Source: Protoeuglena noctilucae (taxonomy: Eukaryota). From it: a stretch of 64,000 nucleotides of DNA. This document shows positions 59,812 through 64,000 of the stretch, one piece after another. Both the position numbers and the translations under genes were made by a program. A model generated the notes under the pieces. The model ran no database searches, was not told the origin of the DNA, and saw only the letters and a program-made list of their open reading frames with translations. Positions within the stretch are counted from its first letter, which is position 1. Each line of letters opens with the position of its first letter. The stretch is taken from NCBI GenBank assembly GCA_958009085.1, contig OY253681.1, positions 682,001 to 746,000 on the forward strand, written 5' to 3'.

Positions 59812-62800
59812 TCAGGATAGCGGTGTCGCCTCGACACGCTTCTCTGGCATGAGGGGCCCTACCCACGCCGCGGCCCGCCCGGGCCCACCCGCGCCGCCCA
59901 GCGCCACCCCGCCGCCCTCGCCCTTCCCCTCTCCCTTCACCCCATCCTCGTCGCTCATCGCCCCCGCCCCCACCCCCACATGCCCCGCCCCCTCCGTCCC
60001 CGCCACCTCCTCTGACCCCTGATTCCACATCCCAGTCTCCGTCACAGATCCCACGCCCATGCCCGCACCCATCCCGTCCCCCAACGCAGCCACAGGTCTC
60101 GCTGCGCCCCCCACCGTCACCCCGACCGCCCCTCGCGCTCCCGCCCCGCGCCCCACCCCACACGTCGCCGCCCCTGACCCTGCAGGCCCCGCTTCCCGGC
60201 TATTGTGCTCGACGCTCCGCCGCTGGGCCCCGCCCTGCTGCGCCGCGCCCCTCACCACCACCCCACCACCCGCACCACCCACGCCGCTCGCCCCGCCCTC
60301 GCCGCCCTCCCCGCTCCCGCCCACCCCGCTCAGGTCTCGCGACGCCTTGCCCCGCGAGCCCTCCGGCCCCGCAGCTCCGCTCCCGCTCCCTGCCTCCTCC
60401 TCCACACCCTCGCCCTCCCCCGCCCCATCCACCACACCCGCGCCACCCCCACCGCCCCTCTCCGTCCGCCCCAGCGCCTGCATGGACCTCTCGACCGACT
60501 CCTTAAACGCAGGATCCAACATGAGACGGCCCACTACCGCTGGGCTGACGAGCGATGCGACGTGAGCCGCCAAGCCACCGGATGACATCAGATCGTCGAC
60601 ACCACCCACACCCACACCCACACCCACACCGACGCCCAGGGGTGCACCCGGCGCCGCTGCGTGGCTCGGCGGGCCCTGCGGCACCGCCCACGCCCACGGG
60701 CCCATGGCAGGGGGCTCGAGCTGTGGGGGACGGTGAGCAGAGATGCGTGAGTGGGTGGGTGGGTGTGGAGTGCGCATACATGGTTGGCAAGGGGTTTGGG
60801 TGGATGTCAAGTGCGCATGGATTGTTAGCAAAGGATCAATCACATCACACCTCCATGCAGATTTCACTACCGATGATACAACAGCCCCACCATCGCCCAC
60901 CCATCTCCCATGTCACCTTGGGCCCCCCAGCCCCCGCCATCGGCATCCCCCACGCCCCCATCACCCCCGCCGCCCCGTCTCGCCGCTCCATCCCCTCCCC
61001 GTGACCCTTCGCATCCCCGCCACCCCCACCCCTCCCCTCAGATGCCGCCAGCCACTCCCCCGCCCCCACACCCCCCAGCATCGCCGCCGCAGCACCACCA
61101 GCCATCTGGGGCAGGTAGTCGTGCATCCCAGCCATCTTAGACACCATTTCCAACAAAGCCCCGTCGCGCGAGTGACCCCCCAGTCCCTGCCCACCACCAC
61201 CGCTACCACCGCCACCGCTACCACCCTTGCCACCAACTTCTTCCCACACCCGCGGTGCCCCGCGCCGGGCCTGCCGCGACGCATCGCCCAAAGGAGACTT
61301 GAGCGCCCCCGCTCCCAGCAGCTGCGACCCGGAACCGCCCGCCCCCGCCCCCGCCCCCGCACTGCGCAGGGCGGTGGTGGCTGGCGATGCGCGGCCGCTG
61401 TGAGTGAAGAAGAGACCCCCTTGCCCTGTGTCCTTGTCGTGCCCGCCCAGCGCACCCAGCGCGCCGCCCTCGCTGCCGCTGACGGAGGCGAGGGGCTGGG
61501 CAAAGGCGGCAATGGCGGAGGGGTGGGTGTGGAGGGAGGAGAGCTGGCCCAGACGAGAGGGCGGGTGGGAGAGGCTCATGGGCGTGGGGGGCTCTTGGGG
61601 TAGGTCGGGAGGTGCCTCGTGCATGGAGCCCATGCGGCTCTGGGGGGATGAAGGCAAGGGGAGAGGGGTGGGGGAGTGCGGGAGAGGGGTGGGTGAGGGG
61701 GGGCAATGAACAGTAGGGTAGGGTGCCGAGATGACAGGGTGCGTGCTGCATTGGTGCAAAGTATCATTAGCATTTATAGCCGACTGCACCGACTGCTGGC
61801 ACTCATGGACCTCACCATGACGATCCAATCATCATAGTTCATCGCCATTTGACAATCCACATCGTCGTCTCACCAGGACCTGCAGTGCGTTCTCTTCGTC
61901 CTCCGCCGTCGAGTCGGTGCGGCTGCGGGAACTGCCCTTGTGGCCCTCGCGCGCCGAGAGGGGCGGGTGGCCCCAGGCGTGCGAGGCAAAGGGCGCCTCC
62001 TCTTGGGACGAGTGACGCGCCGCCTGCGCCTGCGAGCGGGCGGGCGAGAGAGGGCTGTTTAGCGGGAAACTGCGGCGAGATATCCTAAATGCTACACCAA
62101 CACACCGCTGTCTGTCCTTCGGCAACCGAGTTGCAGTTGCTGCTCACTGCAGGTCGCCACCTGCAGCGCCCGTGCGTCGCTAGCAAGACAGTTCCCGCCG
62201 CCACGCACCTCGCGCATCGCCACGCGGTCCCTCCAGGATTGCCGCGGGGCCCTCGCCCGCCGCCCCGCCCAGCCCTTCGAGTCCGGAAGCTCGGTCCACA
62301 CGCTGCGGCGGACGCTGAGCGCCAGCGCCACGTCCTCGAACCCCGCGAGCCCGCCCGACGCTCCCTCCGCGCCGTCGTCGTCTCCCGTTCCGTAATACGC
62401 GTCGGAAAGCCCGGGACCCGCAGAGTCGATCTCGTCCGGAGGGCCACGGTCGGTGCGCGCCTGGGCCAAGCGGTGCCGCGGGGCCGGCGGCTCCAGCCGG
62501 CGCCGCGAGCGGGGAGGCGCGTGAGGCGATCCGGGCTCCACGCTGCTGTCGCGGGACCTGCGGGCGACGGATCAAGCGCAGCTCGCCACAGCATCAAGCA
62601 GCAAGGGCGAGGCTGCAGCCTGCAGCCAGGCGGAGCTCGAGCGCGCCGCGAAGAGCATTGACATGAAAGATGGCATGGATAAGAACGCTGCGACGCCCGC
62701 TCTCACCGCCTGCCGGTGCTGCCCGGCGACTGTGCGCGGGTGTCGCGGCTGGGGACCGAGTGGGCCAACGACGCGAGCGCCGCGGCGCTCATCAGCGTGT

Positions 62801-63716
62801 TGTGCGCGTCGCCGTCCGCGGGCTCCACCGGCTCGCGTGCGTCCCGGCTGCGGGCCCGCCCGCCGCTCATCGGCGAGGCACGGCCCCTGCCACGCTGGGT
62901 GCGGGGCTCCGGTGCAGCTTCGCGCGCCCGTACGCCCGCATCCCCCGCAGCGGCCTGCGGGATGGCGGGACATTCGCATGTTGACTTGCCAGCGTGTCCC
63001 CGGGTCGCGGCGCGGGCGCTCGGCGCTCGGCGCCCCTCGCACCTGCTGCCCGGCCAGGGCCATCCGTTTGTTCGCGCGGAACTGGTTGCAGAGATCCGGA
63101 TACTTGCGCTTGAGCGTCGAGTTAAAATGGTTCTTGATCGCGTTGTCCGTGCGGCCCGGGAGGCACTGCGGCGCGCGGAGGGCGGTTTGCAGTTGGCACG
63201 GCGATCCGAAAGTTGCCGCCGTTCCGGCCGCCGCCGCGGGGCCGCACCTTGGCGATCTCCGCCCACTTGTTGCCCAGCCTCGCGTGGCAGGCCAGGATGC
63301 TCATGTCCTCCTCCTCCGTAAAAGGGTCCTTCTTCACGTCCGGGCTCAGCTGGTTGCACCACCTGCGGGCCCGGGGGCGCGCGGGGTCGCGGGGCGGCGC
63401 CGGCGTGAGCCCACCCGTCGCAATGGCATCGCATCCGCACTCGCCTGAGACGGCACGACTTGGAAGAGCGGCCCGGAATGTGCTTGGCGATGTTGCTCCA
63501 TTGCCGGGGGCCGTACTTGGCAATCAGCGACAACAGGAGGCCGTCTTCGTCGGCGGTCCACGCGGATTTGGTTCGAACTGCGAAAGATGAGACGGCGGGC
63601 GGGGACTTCAGTGCGGCGCGGCGCTGCGGCGCGGCCTGCGGGGCCCAGGCTGCGACATGCGACATCGAGGGCCCCGGGCGCGGCGGCGGGCCCGCGCACG
63701 CACGGCGCGACACCAT
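59812..63716 (-). CDS. R2R3-MYB transcription factor with a long Gly-rich C-terminus; start codon tentative
   Basis: The spliced repeats read KSAWTADEDGLLLSLIAKYGPRQWSNIAKHIPGRSSKSCRLR|WCNQLSPDVKKDPFTEEEDMSILACHARLGNKWAEIAK|CLPGRTDNAIKNHFNSTLKRK. Downstream exons join in frame to the stop at 59812. Confidence 0.93.
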
Positions 63717-64000
63717 TATGCCGTACTTCCATACGAGATGCCGTCGCGACCCCCACGGCGGCACGAAAGGCTTCCCTTCGACCGGGCCGCAGGTGGGAGG
63801 CCCCAACCGTTCCACAACTAACCCACACCCTTATCCCGCCGCGCTGCGCCCTCCAAGTGCGCCGGGCACGAACCCACCAAGCGACAGGTCGAACAGGAAG
63901 GTAACGGTGCCGCCAACGCGTGCTCACCGGCGCCCTCCGACTCCCACTCGCTCGCTCGGCCCCCGTCGCTGGCTGCTCTCGTGTGCCGTCCCATCGCGGC

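Noticed and set aside
168..63927. The many overlapping Arg/Pro/Gly-rich ORFs in the six-frame track
   Set aside because: These are shadow ORFs expected in high-GC DNA, overlapping well-supported spliced genes in other frames or strands.

Overview
GC-rich, intron-dense eukaryotic nuclear DNA from a chlorophyte green alga, inferred from an LHCBM gene, a chlorophyte-type Aurora-like kinase and TGTAA poly(A)-type motifs. The genetic code is standard. I spliced about 13 gene models by hand: a PAS/multi-TM protein (5'-partial), an F-box + ankyrin pseudogene between degenerate direct repeats, a PES/ELT-type hydrolase-acyltransferase, a FAM227/FWWh-like protein, a secreted LTD + FAS1 protein, an AsmA-like protein with a possible transit peptide, stomatin-like protein 2, a small single-TM putative plastid protein, LHCBM, an Aurora-like kinase, two tandem membrane-anchored class I cyclic-nucleotide phosphodiesterases (PDEs) and an R2R3-MYB. 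The most unusual signals are four. (1) The PDE pair has a 6-TM N-terminal module resembling the channel-like domain of protist adenylyl cyclases. (2) Exon-intron junctions are repeatedly re-copied into the adjacent intron (about 12 cases, one a 6x102-bp array). (3) Roughly one intron in nine has a GC donor. (4) The AsmA-like protein resembles Chlamydiae/PVC-type proteins. Family assignments come from motif recall, not database searches, and exon boundaries and start codons are manual estimates. No rRNA, tRNA or CRISPR array was found.
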